Virus record (IMG/VR): IMGVR_UViG_3300014499_000008
Span: 1-55,533 of that record
Source of the DNA: a virus
Lineage: Duplodnaviria; Caudoviricetes
Reading direction: 5' to 3' (one strand)
Length of the DNA: 55,533 nucleotides
The translations under genes and the position numbers were made by a program. Shown here one piece after another: positions 29,705 through 39,652 of this stretch. Each line of letters starts with the position of its first letter. The stretch's first letter is position 1. Below the pieces are notes generated by a model. It was given only the letters and a program-made list of their open reading frames with translations. It was not told the origin of the DNA and did no database searches.

Positions 29705-30991
29705 ATGAAGTTCGGGGGAGTGGTCGTTCCTGGTAAGGCTGCAATCAGCATCGGGGCGACAACTCCAAACGCCCCCAAGGGTTCACTCATGTACTCGACT
29801 TCAACATCGAGTATCTTGCAATTCAATGGCACTTTATGGCAATACCTCACAACAGGCAGGTCACTGCCGATATGGATGCTTCCCATGTATAACGCCGCTG
29901 GCACACTGCAAACGAATCCCCATGAGGTCATCGGACAAGCAACGATAACGCTGGTGAATCTTGCTGGTTCTGTTCCCATTACCTTGAGTGGTTCTGCTGC
30001 ATTTACCAGTGCAGCGAGCTATGGATTTGCTTCACAACCGACGATTGTTGGTGGAACGTCTCCACTTGCCCCGATGAGTGCGATCACCACTGGACTCAGC
30101 AATCCATACGGCGTAGCCGTTGATAGCAGTGGCAATATCTACGTTGCGAACGCTGGCAATAGCACCGTAACGAAATACGCATCAACCGGCGGAGCAGCGA
30201 TTCTCACCATCAGTAGTGGACTCAGCAATCCATACGGCGTAGCCGTTGATAGCACCGGCAATATCTACGTTGCGAACACTGGCGGTAACAACGTACTGAA
30301 GTACGCATCAACCGGCGGAGCAGCGATTCTCACCATAAGTGGACTCAGCAGTCCATCCGGCGTAGCCGTTGATAGCACCGGCAATATCTACGTTGCGAAC
30401 TATGGCGGTAACAACGTACTGAAGTACGCATCAACCGGCGGAGCAGCAATTCTCACGATCACCACTGGAATCAGCAGCCCATACGGCGTAGCCGTTGATA
30501 GCACTGGCAATATCTACGTTACGAACACTGGCAATAGCACCGTAACGAAATACGCATCAACCGGCGGAGCAGCGATTCTCACCATCACTAGTGGAATCAG
30601 CACTCCACGCGGCGTAGCCGTTGATAGCACTGGCAATATCTACGTTACGAACACTGGCAATAGCACCGTAACGAAATACGCATCAACCGGCGGAGCACCG
30701 ACTCTAACCATCACGAGTGGGCTTAGCAGTCCATACGGCGTAGCCGTTGATAGCAGTGGCAATATCTACGTTACGAACACTGGCAATAGCAGCATCAAAG
30801 TGTTTACGAGTATTGGCGGGACGTTAAACACTCTTGTTGGTGCAGCAGTAGCGGCTACAGCAGTTGTACCCGTCTTTTCGCTCTACCCGATTAGTGGGTC
30901 AAGTTGTACCTTACAGTGTGTGGTCGAAGGCGCAACAGCAGCAAATGTCGATGGGACAATCATCGTTACCTATGACTTACGGGGGTATTAA
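29705..30991 (+). CDS. Second NHL-repeat beta-propeller protein (tandem paralogue)
   Basis: Same architecture and near-identical repeat units as 28421-29698. Confidence 0.85.
   Translation: MKFGGVVVPGKAAISIGATTPNAPKGSLMYSTSTSSILQFNGTLWQYLTTGRSLPIWMLPMYNAAGTLQTNPHEVIGQATITLVNLAGSVPITLSGSAAFTSAASYGFASQPTIVGGTSPLAPMSAITTGLSNPYGVAVDSSGNIYVANAGNSTVTKYASTGGAAILTISSGLSNPYGVAVDSTGNIYVANTGGNNVLKYASTGGAAILTISGLSSPSGVAVDSTGNIYVANYGGNNVLKYASTGGAAILTITTGISSPYGVAVDSTGNIYVTNTGNSTVTKYASTGGAAILTITSGISTPRGVAVDSTGNIYVTNTGNSTVTKYASTGGAPTLTITSGLSSPYGVAVDSSGNIYVTNTGNSSIKVFTSIGGTLNTLVGAAVAATAVVPVFSLYPISGSSCTLQCVVEGATAANVDGTIIVTYDLRGY
30083..30800 (+). repeat. 126-bp tandem repeats (one unit 123 bp)
   Basis: Six NHL units shared at DNA level with the upstream gene. 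Confidence 0.9.
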
Positions 30992-30993
30992 AC

Positions 30994-31203
30994 GTGGATA
31001 CAAAGATCACCGAGAAGCGCACCCGTTTACAAGCGAATCGCGCTGCGCTCATCCAACAGCATACGGCTTTGACCGAACAACTCACGCAGACGACGGCGGG
31101 CATCCATCAGATCGACGGCGCGCTGGCGATCTTGGGGGAGCTTGAAACGGAATCAGCGGTAACTCATCCCAACGGTGTGACGGCGGCGGCGATCGAGCAA
31201 TAA
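30994..31203 (+). CDS. Small coiled-coil protein (possible fibre chaperone)
   Basis: Heptad pattern ending IDGALAILGEL; last gene of fibre operon. Confidence 0.55.
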   Translation: MDTKITEKRTRLQANRAALIQQHTALTEQLTQTTAGIHQIDGALAILGELETESAVTHPNGVTAAAIEQ

Positions 31204-31230
31204 GCCCGCTTTGCAGGCAAGCGATGAATG

Positions 31231-31262
31231 AGGCCCTTTGGTGAATGAACCGAGGGCTTTTT
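31231..31262 (+). terminator. Intrinsic terminator
   Basis: GCCCTTTGGT...ACCGAGGGC followed by TTTTT. Confidence 0.65.
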
Positions 31263-31382
31263 CAATTGCCCGGAAGCGGCCCTGCGGAGGCTCAGGAACG
31301 CGCTGAGCTTGCCGTCCGATGTGATCGTGCCTCCGGCTCAGCCGATGCCCGTTGAGGCCGATCGTTGGGTGGTTTTCTCCGA

Positions 31383-31644
31383 GTGCGGAGAATGGTGCTG
31401 AGAATGGCCGGTTTTCGGGGTCGTTTTGTAGTCCGAGGAGTAGTACGTCGGACATGAAAAAACCCTTACACTGTAAGGGTTTGATCGATTTATGGAGGCA
31501 GTCGGGCTTGAACCGACGACCCTCTGCATGCCATTCGGGTACTCAAGGCAGCAGCAAGATGGAATAAGGCTTTTTTGACGCAGGAGACGCCTCTAAACCG
31601 CTACAGACGCACCAGTGTGCGGAGAATGTGCTGAGAATGGCCGG
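31383..31644. other. attP: core 31493-31533 (3' half of tRNA-Ala-GGC, minus strand) flanked by direct arm-type repeats
   Basis: Minus strand TGGCATGCAGAGGGTCGTCGGTTCAAGCCCGACTGCCTCCA (anticodon GGC, T arm, U70, A73); GTGCGGAGAATG(G)TGCTGAGAATGGCCGG at 31383 and 31617. Confidence 0.85.
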
Positions 31645-31709
31645 GGTCTTTTGGGAGGCATCGGGGTCTTTTTACAGGAGCTTTACCAATGGCAGGCTAA
31701 CTTGCCAGT

Positions 31710-32300
31710 ATGGGCAAGCAACTACATCGGCTGATCGACCGTGAACCTGACAACAAGTACGGCACTTGTCCGACGTGCGGGCGTGTCAAGTTGATCTTGA
31801 AGAACGGAACATATCGCTGCTCGAATGCAGTGTTGGGTTCGTCAGGGAAGTCATGGCATCAAAAGAAAGCTCAGCCGGTTGTCATTGAAGAACCGCTGCC
31901 GGTGATTGAAACACCGTCAGTCATTTCGACAACGCCGTATCCTCACCGGATGCTCGATCGCAATCCTGTCGCTATGACTGGCACTTGCGCTGTTTGCGGA
32001 CCCGTTACGCTCGTTAAGCGAAAGGAACGACTTGCTTGCAGTATCGCCGAAGCACGCTGGGCAGTTGATGCGAAGAACCGTAAGGTGTCACGACCATTGC
32101 GTTTCGCGAACCCTACGCTCGATGCAACGAAGGAGTTCTTCACCGTGCGCGAAGCTGCTGTTATTCTTGGCGTTTCTTATACCGCTTTATCTTCCCGCAT
32201 CATTCGTGGGATGCTGCCTGTCGTGTATCATCCAATGACCGGCGAACGCGTCATTACCAATGCGGTTCTGCTAGCCTACATGCGATCTTTGGTTCTGTGA
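31710..32300 (+). CDS. Zn-finger repeat plus C-terminal HTH protein
   Basis: Two HR...GTC..CG.V.L...C repeats; FTVREAAVILGVS. Confidence 0.65.
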   Translation: MGKQLHRLIDREPDNKYGTCPTCGRVKLILKNGTYRCSNAVLGSSGKSWHQKKAQPVVIEEPLPVIETPSVISTTPYPHRMLDRNPVAMTGTCAVCGPVTLVKRKERLACSIAEARWAVDAKNRKVSRPLRFANPTLDATKEFFTVREAAVILGVSYTALSSRIIRGMLPVVYHPMTGERVITNAVLLAYMRSLVL

Positions 32301-32351
32301 ACCGAAACTGCCTCACCGCCCTGATCAGGCGGCGAAGCAGTAGGCAGTCTG

Positions 32352-32857
32352 TCAGTTCGTTTGAAACCCTGGCAAGTCATCACTCCATATCCCTCGAACG
32401 GGGAGCTTACCATGGTTGTCGATCTCCCAACAGCGTTCGCAGACAGGGACGTTCGCTGGTGCTGCTATACCATCGATAACGACCATCGATCGCGTGAAGA
32501 TCACTCCCGCCGGGTCCGTCTCTTTTGTGATCGGATTACGGCAGACGTGACACTTCATTTGCGTCTCTCCGCGAAGAACGGTTCGAGGAGTGTCGTGTTC
32601 AATAAGACATAACGACTTGGATATGCTTTCTGAAGCGCAGCATCAAATTCAAAGAATTCGATGGGAAGAAACGTGAGCACTCCGTTGAGTGCTCCGTTTG
32701 TAAACATCGTAACATGCATATGCGTATCGACACTATCGATTCTGATCGTCACAAGACTTGGTATCTTGGGCAGGTTTCTTTGCCACGCCTCTATATCGCC
32801 GTACCAAAAGCAACCCGGCTTACACTTGTCACCGTGGCTTGGGCAAGGTTCTTTCAT
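32352..32857 (-). other. Two small hypothetical ORFs (32555-32857, 32352-32558)
   Basis: ATGA-coupled downstream of the ParB-like gene; Cys motifs. Confidence 0.5.
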
Positions 32858-33714
32858 TTCGCCACACCTCGCGCCTTCAATGACTTCTCGTGATAGATGT
32901 TGTAGATGACACGCGACATCGCCATAACTTCGGTTATGCCTTGTGCGTTGCTCACACTCATTACTGCTGAGTTAAGGTCGTAAGGTGCGAGGTTTGATAG
33001 CTTGTCAGCAAGTGACTTAACGCTATACGCATTCTCCTTCATAAAGTGAATAAGGCCGCGAATGATACGCATGTCAAGTGACGCAGCACGGCCATCCCAT
33101 GCGGTCCTCAACACCAACAGGATGTGATCGACCATCTTCTCACCGCCCGCATCATACGCTTTTTCAAGTGAGCTAATCGGGCGCAGGACATTATTCTTTT
33201 TGTAGTCACTGCCGAAGCCTTCGTACTTATCCATCTCGAACTTATGCTTCGAGAGCAGATCGGCAATGGTTACAGCGGCTTGATCACCAAACGCGATGCG
33301 TGCCATGAACTGCTGTGTAGGAGTGATGCGACGACGAAACTTCTGCAATTCATAGAACGCCTTCGCCTCCTCTGCAGCATTCTTCGTCGGGTAGACCATG
33401 CATGGGACTTCAATGAAGCCTAACTGTTCACCAGCTTCGCGTCGATGCAGTCCGTCAATGACATAGTAAACGCCTTTTCGTAAGCCAATGATGAGTGGTT
33501 GAAAGAGGATAGCGCGGTAGTTGAATACGATGTCTCGTACGCGCCACGGAGAAGTCGGGCGTTGATAGGTGCCGTCAGAATGCAGATCAGCGATCTTCAG
33601 CATCATGTACTGACCAAAGTTCGGTGACTGCTTCGACACTGAGCCGTTTGACCGTTCAATCGTCTCTACTGCGCTCTGTAGATGAATACGCGGCGGGCGG
33701 GTCATGATTGGCAC
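32854..33714 (-). CDS. ParB/Srx-like N-terminal domain protein
   Basis: YQR...YYVIDGLHRREA...VPC...EEA..F. Confidence 0.7.
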   Translation of the reverse strand: MPIMTRPPRIHLQSAVETIERSNGSVSKQSPNFGQYMMLKIADLHSDGTYQRPTSPWRVRDIVFNYRAILFQPLIIGLRKGVYYVIDGLHRREAGEQLGFIEVPCMVYPTKNAAEEAKAFYELQKFRRRITPTQQFMARIAFGDQAAVTIADLLSKHKFEMDKYEGFGSDYKKNNVLRPISSLEKAYDAGGEKMVDHILLVLRTAWDGRAASLDMRIIRGLIHFMKENAYSVKSLADKLSNLAPYDLNSAVMSVSNAQGITEVMAMSRVIYNIYHEKSLKARGVAK

Positions 33715-34274
33715 AGCTTCCGCACAACGCTGACGTAGAACTCTGCGAATGCATCAGGCGGCATACGCAAGAGAACTGAATCGAGATGACGTAACACGAT
33801 TTCGCTGGGAGGATCAATATGCTGCAGCACCGGCTTCACTGCTCGCGCTATTGCAGGAAGTCTTGACTCTTCTTTCTTCGCGCGATGTGAAGTCGAAGCG
33901 AGAATGTACTCGCCTCTTTTGCTTTGCCTGACGATGCGCTGTGATTCTAAGGTGCGTATGTGGTAGCCGACATTTCCACTCGTGGCTTCGGGAAAGAACT
34001 CTTCATGAGCAGCCCGTATGGTGAATGCACGATCAGGGTTGTCAGTGAACATCTTCGCGAGATTGTCATGCAGGCCGGGAAACAGTTGTCGCTTCGCTTT
34101 AGGAACAATCCGCTGAAGAACACGCTTTTGCGCACGCGGTTTCTTCGCTACTGACTTCTTCACAGACTTCTTCGCTGACCGCTTCTTAGTAGACGGCTTT
34201 GCTACCGGCTTCTTCGCTGCCCGTTTCTTCGGTGCCGGTTCTTTAGCTGGCACTTCGACTTCTGTTTCGGTCAA
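33702..34274 (-). CDS. Histone H1-like Lys/Ala-rich N-terminus plus winged HTH
   Basis: KKPVAK/KKSVAK repeats; VGYHIRTL....VRQSKRGEYIL; AAAGGCTAC leader before TTG. Confidence 0.65.
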   Translation of the reverse strand: MTETEVEVPAKEPAPKKRAAKKPVAKPSTKKRSAKKSVKKSVAKKPRAQKRVLQRIVPKAKRQLFPGLHDNLAKMFTDNPDRAFTIRAAHEEFFPEATSGNVGYHIRTLESQRIVRQSKRGEYILASTSHRAKKEESRLPAIARAVKPVLQHIDPPSEIVLRHLDSVLLRMPPDAFAEFYVSVVRKLCQS

Positions 34275-34837
34275 GATCGTAGCCTTTCGTTAGAGAGTGA
34301 AAGCTCTCTATTTCAGACTACTAACTCGAACGTCCCTTCTCATAAGCGATTACCGTTGCCGCGACTTCAGCCGGAACGCACCCGGCGCAGGCGTACCCTC
34401 CGGCGGCGAGGGCGTACATGGTCGCTTCTACCGCCCTACAGCGTCGGCATGAATACCGGCCTAAGATGGCACGGAGGACGGCGACGAGGCGGGTCCTGGG
34501 GCTTTGGAGGCCCTCTGGCGGCTCTGATTCTGTGCGATCGTCCACGCTTGCTCACCGACTCTCTGCAGGAAGGTCGCCATCAGGCTGTAGGAGACGAGGC
34601 CCCAGGCCCCCCAGAGTGTCCACGCGAGGATGGCGAAGGCGATCGTCAGGAGCGGAAAGCCAATACGCGGGGGCGGGGCAAGGTTCGGTATGATCACCGG
34701 AGGGTCGGCGAAGTCAATTCCAAGCACCCTCGATGATTCGTCAATGGAGCCGATCGATATGCGGCGAACGCCTTCACTATTGGCGATTGAAAGATATGCA
34801 TGTTTCATTTGCATGAGGATACCATAGGAAGGCTACG

Positions 34838-35476
34838 ATGTTCAGCAGACTTGAAGCAAGAGATATACTTGCCCACATAGACAAAGACGGCGTTGACCCT
34901 GATGTGCTCGCTAAGTTAGTTGCTCTATCCGGTTCAAAACAAACATTGGGGGCAGCGACGACGAGTGGGTGGTTAGCGCCGTCAACGCATCTCGATCAAC
35001 GCGAGGCGGGGGATGGAAGTATTCCACCATTCATCCCCGTCGTCTATTCAAAAGAGCAACTCGCGCGAATCAAAGTGCCGGAGGGTGATGGTTTCCGCCC
35101 AGCTACACAGGCTGACGTGGACGCAATCAATCAGATCAAGAAAGAGGCACATGCCCGTGAATGGGATATGCGTCACTCATACAAGGCGAACTTGAATCAA
35201 CATGATGTCGTCAACGCCGTGTTCGATGCACCCGATCGCGATCGTGGCTTCAGTCCGGTGTTTGAAGAAGTCCTCGTCGGTAAGCGCAATCTCGCCGGTG
35301 ATGAGTGCGTGAGCATCAACGCCGATGGGATGTGCGTCTTTCGCTGCACCAAAGCTGGGCACGGGTACACGCAGTCTCGTTCGCTACGATCGTGCAGCGC
35401 ATGCTTCCTCACCGGCACGAGTCACGAACAGAATGTTGATCCTGGTGAACTCGCGGGGAGTGATAGCCGATGGTAG
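34838..35476 (+). CDS. Hypothetical protein
   Basis: GGAAGGCTAC leader; C-terminal Cys motif. Confidence 0.6.
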   Translation: MFSRLEARDILAHIDKDGVDPDVLAKLVALSGSKQTLGAATTSGWLAPSTHLDQREAGDGSIPPFIPVVYSKEQLARIKVPEGDGFRPATQADVDAINQIKKEAHAREWDMRHSYKANLNQHDVVNAVFDAPDRDRGFSPVFEEVLVGKRNLAGDECVSINADGMCVFRCTKAGHGYTQSRSLRSCSACFLTGTSHEQNVDPGELAGSDSRW

Positions 35477-35950
35477 TGTGCAAACACCGATGGGCCGTGG
35501 ATGACTACTGCAAAGACTGCGATCTGAGCGCGGAAGCGTACGTGTTCGCGAGAGACTTTGTAAAACGCTTTACCGAGTGGATGAACGGTCGATGAAGGTC
35601 GCTGTTGTGTTCGTACGCATTCTTGGGTCGGGGATACGGCACATCGCATGTGACCCCGGTACTCTCTGCGGGATTAAACCCGGCACTACATTTCCTGGGC
35701 CGTTGTCGTTCACACGCTATTGCGCTTCTAATCTTTTCGATGCTTGCTCATCGAGGCGTAGGCCACGAGAACCGAGCAGCTTCAAAGTCCACAGCTTCCT
35801 CTAGCCGGAAGTGTAGCGATGTAATATCTTCAATCCAACGTGAGTTAAGGCATCCGGTCGGTTCCGCCGCGCGCAGTGCGTTTTCGAGTCGCTTCGCTGC
35901 GCGTGCAGCCTTTTCCAACCGCGCAACCTTCTGTGCCTGCGTCAACTTGA

Positions 35951-36214
35951 TCATGCGTGCGGTAAGCCTCGCTCCGTGCGTACTGCGACGAGACGTTCGC
36001 GCAATGCGGTGAGGCAGTCAGCGCAAAGTCTGTCGCGAATATCGAGGTCGTCTTGTGATACCGATCGTGACCACTCCGCGTAGTGCCGGTGACGTTTACC
36101 GCACGCGGTCAGCTTATCGTCATTGGTTCCCAAGCACGTTGTCAGATGCCACTCTGACGCCCGTTTGCGCGACCAATTCGCCCAAGTCGTCCAAGGTACG
36201 TTTTGCGTTGTCAT
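35951..36214 (-). CDS. Small Zn-binding hypothetical protein (start corrected to 36214)
   Basis: AAAGGCTACAA-ATG; WH...TACG...LCADC. Confidence 0.6.
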   Translation of the reverse strand: MTTQNVPWTTWANWSRKRASEWHLTTCLGTNDDKLTACGKRHRHYAEWSRSVSQDDLDIRDRLCADCLTALRERLVAVRTERGLPHA

Positions 36215-36283
36215 TTGTAGCCTTTCGAGGACCGTTCCGGCCCTTCGCTCCTCACAACCCTGATGGTGTCGCAATGGTTGCAA
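36215..36283 (-). promoter_or_regulatory. Early promoter/leader cassette copy C (core inverted)
   Basis: TGCAACC-a-TTGCGACACCATCA-g-GGTTGTGAGGAGCGAAGGG...GAAAGGCTAC. Confidence 0.75.
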
Positions 36284-36333
36284 GCGGAAGGACCCCATTT
36301 CTGAGGTCCTTTGCCGATCGTCGCCCGCCTGTA

Positions 36334-37275
36334 CTACGCTGCTACTGCAACCGCTGCCGCTTCGTCCTCGGCCTCTTCCGGTTCTTCAGCGGCCCGCCGT
36401 CCCGCCGCCGTGGCGAGGAAGTCAGCCGCCTTCGCCGCCGCCGCTGCAGCGGTCAGGATAGCCTTGCTGTCCGACTTCAGCACTTTGATCCAATGGGCGA
36501 GATACTCGGGGTGGCGGAGGTGTCCCTCGATACCGAGTTCCGCGACGACGAACGCGGCGGTGAGTTCGGCGACGAGTTCCTCGAACGCGTACGCGTCATC
36601 ACCGAACCGCTTGCCGAAGGTTCTTGCAAGCCGGTGTGCCGCGCCGGTCCAATGACCGTGCTCGTGGAAGCTCGTTCCGTAGTACGCTGCGGGTGACTCG
36701 AACTGCTCGAACTTCGGCAGCGTGATCGAGTCGGCGCTGGGCGTGTAAAACGCTGAGTCGCCGCCGTGGTGAACTTTGCTGCCGATCGCGGCGATGAACG
36801 CTTCCGCATCGGCGAGTCGTTCGCCCTGCGTCGGCAATTCGACAACCGGCCGGGCGGGGAGTTTAAGGTTGTCGCACTGCGCGACGTTGAACACCGTGTA
36901 CGACTTCAGCAGCGGGAACGATGACTTGCCCGACTTCGCCTTCGCATCGTCGCGGGTGAGGATGGTGAAGAAGAAGATCGAGGTCCCCTTCTCGCCCTTG
37001 CGCACCGAACCACCAAGATCGATAGCCTGTTTGAACGATAACCATTCGCCGGTCGGATAGCCCGCGCTTGCGGCGGTGATCCAAAGATTCAGAACGTTCG
37101 CGCCCCGGTACGCCTTCTTCGTCACAACGTTGAGGGGGAGGTCAGAGAGTCCGTTGGTCGCCCAGGGACGAACCCAGGGAGCAGTTCCCGCTTCAAGCTG
37201 TTCGATGATCTTCATCGTAACGACGTGGAACTTGTCGGCGGCTGACGGCCCCTTCGCCTTCGGTTTGAAACCCAT
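36334..37275 (-). CDS. ardC: ArdC-like antirestriction protein (ssDNA-binding + zincin domain)
   Basis: PWVRPW, YRGANVL.L, WLSFKQA...VRKGEKG, YTVFNVAQC, HEHGHWTG, YAFEELVAE. Confidence 0.9.
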   Translation of the reverse strand: MGFKPKAKGPSAADKFHVVTMKIIEQLEAGTAPWVRPWATNGLSDLPLNVVTKKAYRGANVLNLWITAASAGYPTGEWLSFKQAIDLGGSVRKGEKGTSIFFFTILTRDDAKAKSGKSSFPLLKSYTVFNVAQCDNLKLPARPVVELPTQGERLADAEAFIAAIGSKVHHGGDSAFYTPSADSITLPKFEQFESPAAYYGTSFHEHGHWTGAAHRLARTFGKRFGDDAYAFEELVAELTAAFVVAELGIEGHLRHPEYLAHWIKVLKSDSKAILTAAAAAAKAADFLATAAGRRAAEEPEEAEDEAAAVAVAA

Positions 37276-37346
37276 GATGTGTAGCCTTTCGAGGGGCAGA
37301 GCACCCCTTCGCTCCTTACAACCCTGGCGACACCATCATGGTTGCA
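37276..37346 (-). promoter_or_regulatory. Early promoter/leader cassette copy A
   Basis: TGCAACC-a-TGATGGTGTCGCCA-g-GGTTGTAAGGAGCGAAGGGG...GAAAGGCTAC. Confidence 0.75.
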
Positions 37347-37358
37347 CGCCGGGACAAG

Positions 37359-37387
37359 AAAAAGCCCCGGTCGCTGCCGGGGCCTTT
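37359..37387 (-). terminator. Intrinsic terminator
   Basis: GCCCCGG/CCGGGGC stem with A5 on + strand (T5 on minus). Confidence 0.7.
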
Positions 37388-37393
37388 CGATGA

Positions 37394-39575
37394 TCAGATG
37401 TGCTCACTTTCCAGTGATAGCAGTTCATCGAGAACACGTTTCGGCAGTGCGGCTTTCACTGCTAGGGCAAGGGCACGCATTTGCGCGCCCTCGGCTGACT
37501 TACCTTCACCTTTTACGACGTGACGCTGACCGCCGTACTCAGCGGTAACGTCGGCAACCCAAAGAATGCGTTCGTCAGTCGCATCTTTGACGTTGACGCC
37601 GATCACGGCAATATCCATTGCGATCGATTGCGCGATGGCGACGAGAGTGATTGCTTTCATTATTTGCGATCTTCCACGAAGTTGAAATACGTGCGCGGGT
37701 AGTGGGTGAACTCCATACTGCCCTTCATGCCGTCGCTTCTGCGGCGAACCACGACGAACGGTGCCATGAAGCCGAGAACCTCGAACTCAGCGCGCAGGGC
37801 GTCGGTGTCCCAAGTCTTGTCGGCGAACAAAACATCAACAGCGGGGGCGTTAGAAGCGATCATCGCGCGGCGGATTGATTCGGTATCGTCTTGCATGTTG
37901 TAGCCTTTTCTTGCTGGAAGTGAGTTATTTGTTGAGCGATCGTGCTGCCATCGGGGATTGATACGTGCAGCCTTTGCACCGCATATACATTGCAATGCCC
38001 TTGCCGCCGATCAAGAGCGGGTTGCTGACTTCGACTTCCCACTGCACGAAGATATGACCGTCGCACTCCGGGCATACATCACTTTTAGAGGTAAACTCGC
38101 CGAGCTTGCGTGGTTCGCCTGTCACCGTTGCGCCCGTGCCGTCGTCGGGTCGCATGATTACCATCTGGCTCACAATGTTTCTCCCTTGTAAACGCCGACA
38201 AGTTGATACCGCCAATTGATGTTCGCGCCGATGTCAGGTAACCGTTGCGGAGGCACATCAACTTCAAGCATCGCGGCGGGGGAGCCAAAGGAAACGAACT
38301 GGCGGTGGCCCAGGAGTTGACTGCCGAAGTCCTGGTTCTCATAGACCGCGATACCGTCCCCGCGCGCCAACCATTTGTTGACGACGGCGTAATGTTCGGG
38401 GTCGAGTTGCAACTCGTCTTTGCTGAGCATCTTCGTCTTTTTCATTAGCTGCCCGCCATGTACGTTAGATTGATCGATGGCGCATCACGAAACTTGTCGA
38501 GTCCTTCGTCAGTGATGTACGCGACACCGAACTCGCTAAAGTGATCCGCGCACGTTGCGCCAACGATCTGCCCCTTCTCATCCATGATCGTCCATTGCGT
38601 CTCAGCGAAGCATTCCTTGTTCGCGCACATCCAAACGCCGACACTCACTGCGACGGTGAAGTTATTCCTGCGTGCCATTATGCTGATGCCTTCCCACGTT
38701 CTTGCGCTCGCGCCGCGCGAATCATGTTCGACAGCATCACCTTCGCGCCGTTGATCATCGCATTCGCCTGACTGTTCTGTTCGATGCCTCCGGCATGCTG
38801 CGCATCGCTGAGCAGCAACATGATGCACATCGGATATTCAACGATGTTGGTCGGCGGGATGGGACGCCCGCAACTGTTGCTGTAGTCCTTCGCGAAGAAG
38901 TCCCAGTTGTCGGACGTGTTCGGATTGTTTGTCATTATTGTGTAGCCTTTTTACTAACAGGGTTCGGGTAGCGAAGTGAGTCGCGAAGTGCGGCGAGTTT
39001 ACGCTCCTGCTCGTCGCAACGAAGGTTTCGTCGGCAGGCACCGGGAGTTTGAACTGGCAGTGCGCGGTCGCCCTTGCAGTAGTCACAACGTTCGATGAAG
39101 TTGCCGAACCATCTACCGGATGCAGCGAGTTCGAGGACAAACTGATCACCGCTGACGCCCATCACGTCAGCGGGTTCAAACCCGCCCTTCGCGCGCCAAG
39201 CACGGTACGCTAAGAGCAGTTCTTGGGCGGTGTCGAGTTCGTATGCGAGCAACGCCGTGCGCGCATCGAGGAGGCATTGAACCGGGTCCATTAGCTGCGC
39301 TCCTCGGTCATCCGGTCAACGAACTCTTGCGTCCCGAACGAACCCGGTTCGAGGTCAGACTGTGCAGGAACCGTATTCCCCCAGTAGTCTTTGTGCCGTT
39401 CCGTTCCAACGGTGCAGTAACCGTTCTTGATGAGGTCCATCGCTTCGCGACCGGCGCTGCCTTGGAAGTGCCAGATCGTACCGTCGTTGATCATGGCTTG
39501 GATACCGGCAATGTGCTCCTCGAAGGTCTGCTCCTCCGGTTCGACCATCGTGGTGTATGTATCGGTGTTATCCAT
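37394..39575 (-). other. Leftward early operon of small hypothetical ORFs (starts 39575, 39291, 38935, 38445, 37896, 37660 and others)
   Basis: TAATG coupling; AAAGGCTAC leaders before 39575, 38935 and 37896. Confidence 0.6.
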
Positions 39576-39648
39576 TGTGTGTAGCCTTTCTGAGTGAGAG
39601 GCTTGGCCCCTCACTCCTCACAACCCTGATGGTGTCGTTTCGGTTGCA
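39576..39648 (-). promoter_or_regulatory. Early promoter/leader cassette copy D (core inverted)
   Basis: TGCAACC-g-AAACGACACCATCA-g-GGTTGTGAGGAGTGAGGGG...GAAAGGCTAC. Confidence 0.75.
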
Positions 39649-39652
39649 GCCG

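Noticed and set aside
28790-30800. Regular repeats as a CRISPR array or DGR template/variable pair
   Set aside because: Units are in-frame 126-bp coding repeats with no unique spacers; no cas or reverse transcriptase gene in the window; differences are not adenine-specific
31493-31570. Complete tRNA-Ala gene
   Set aside because: Only anticodon loop through discriminator is present; no matching 5' acceptor strand or D arm, so it is an att core
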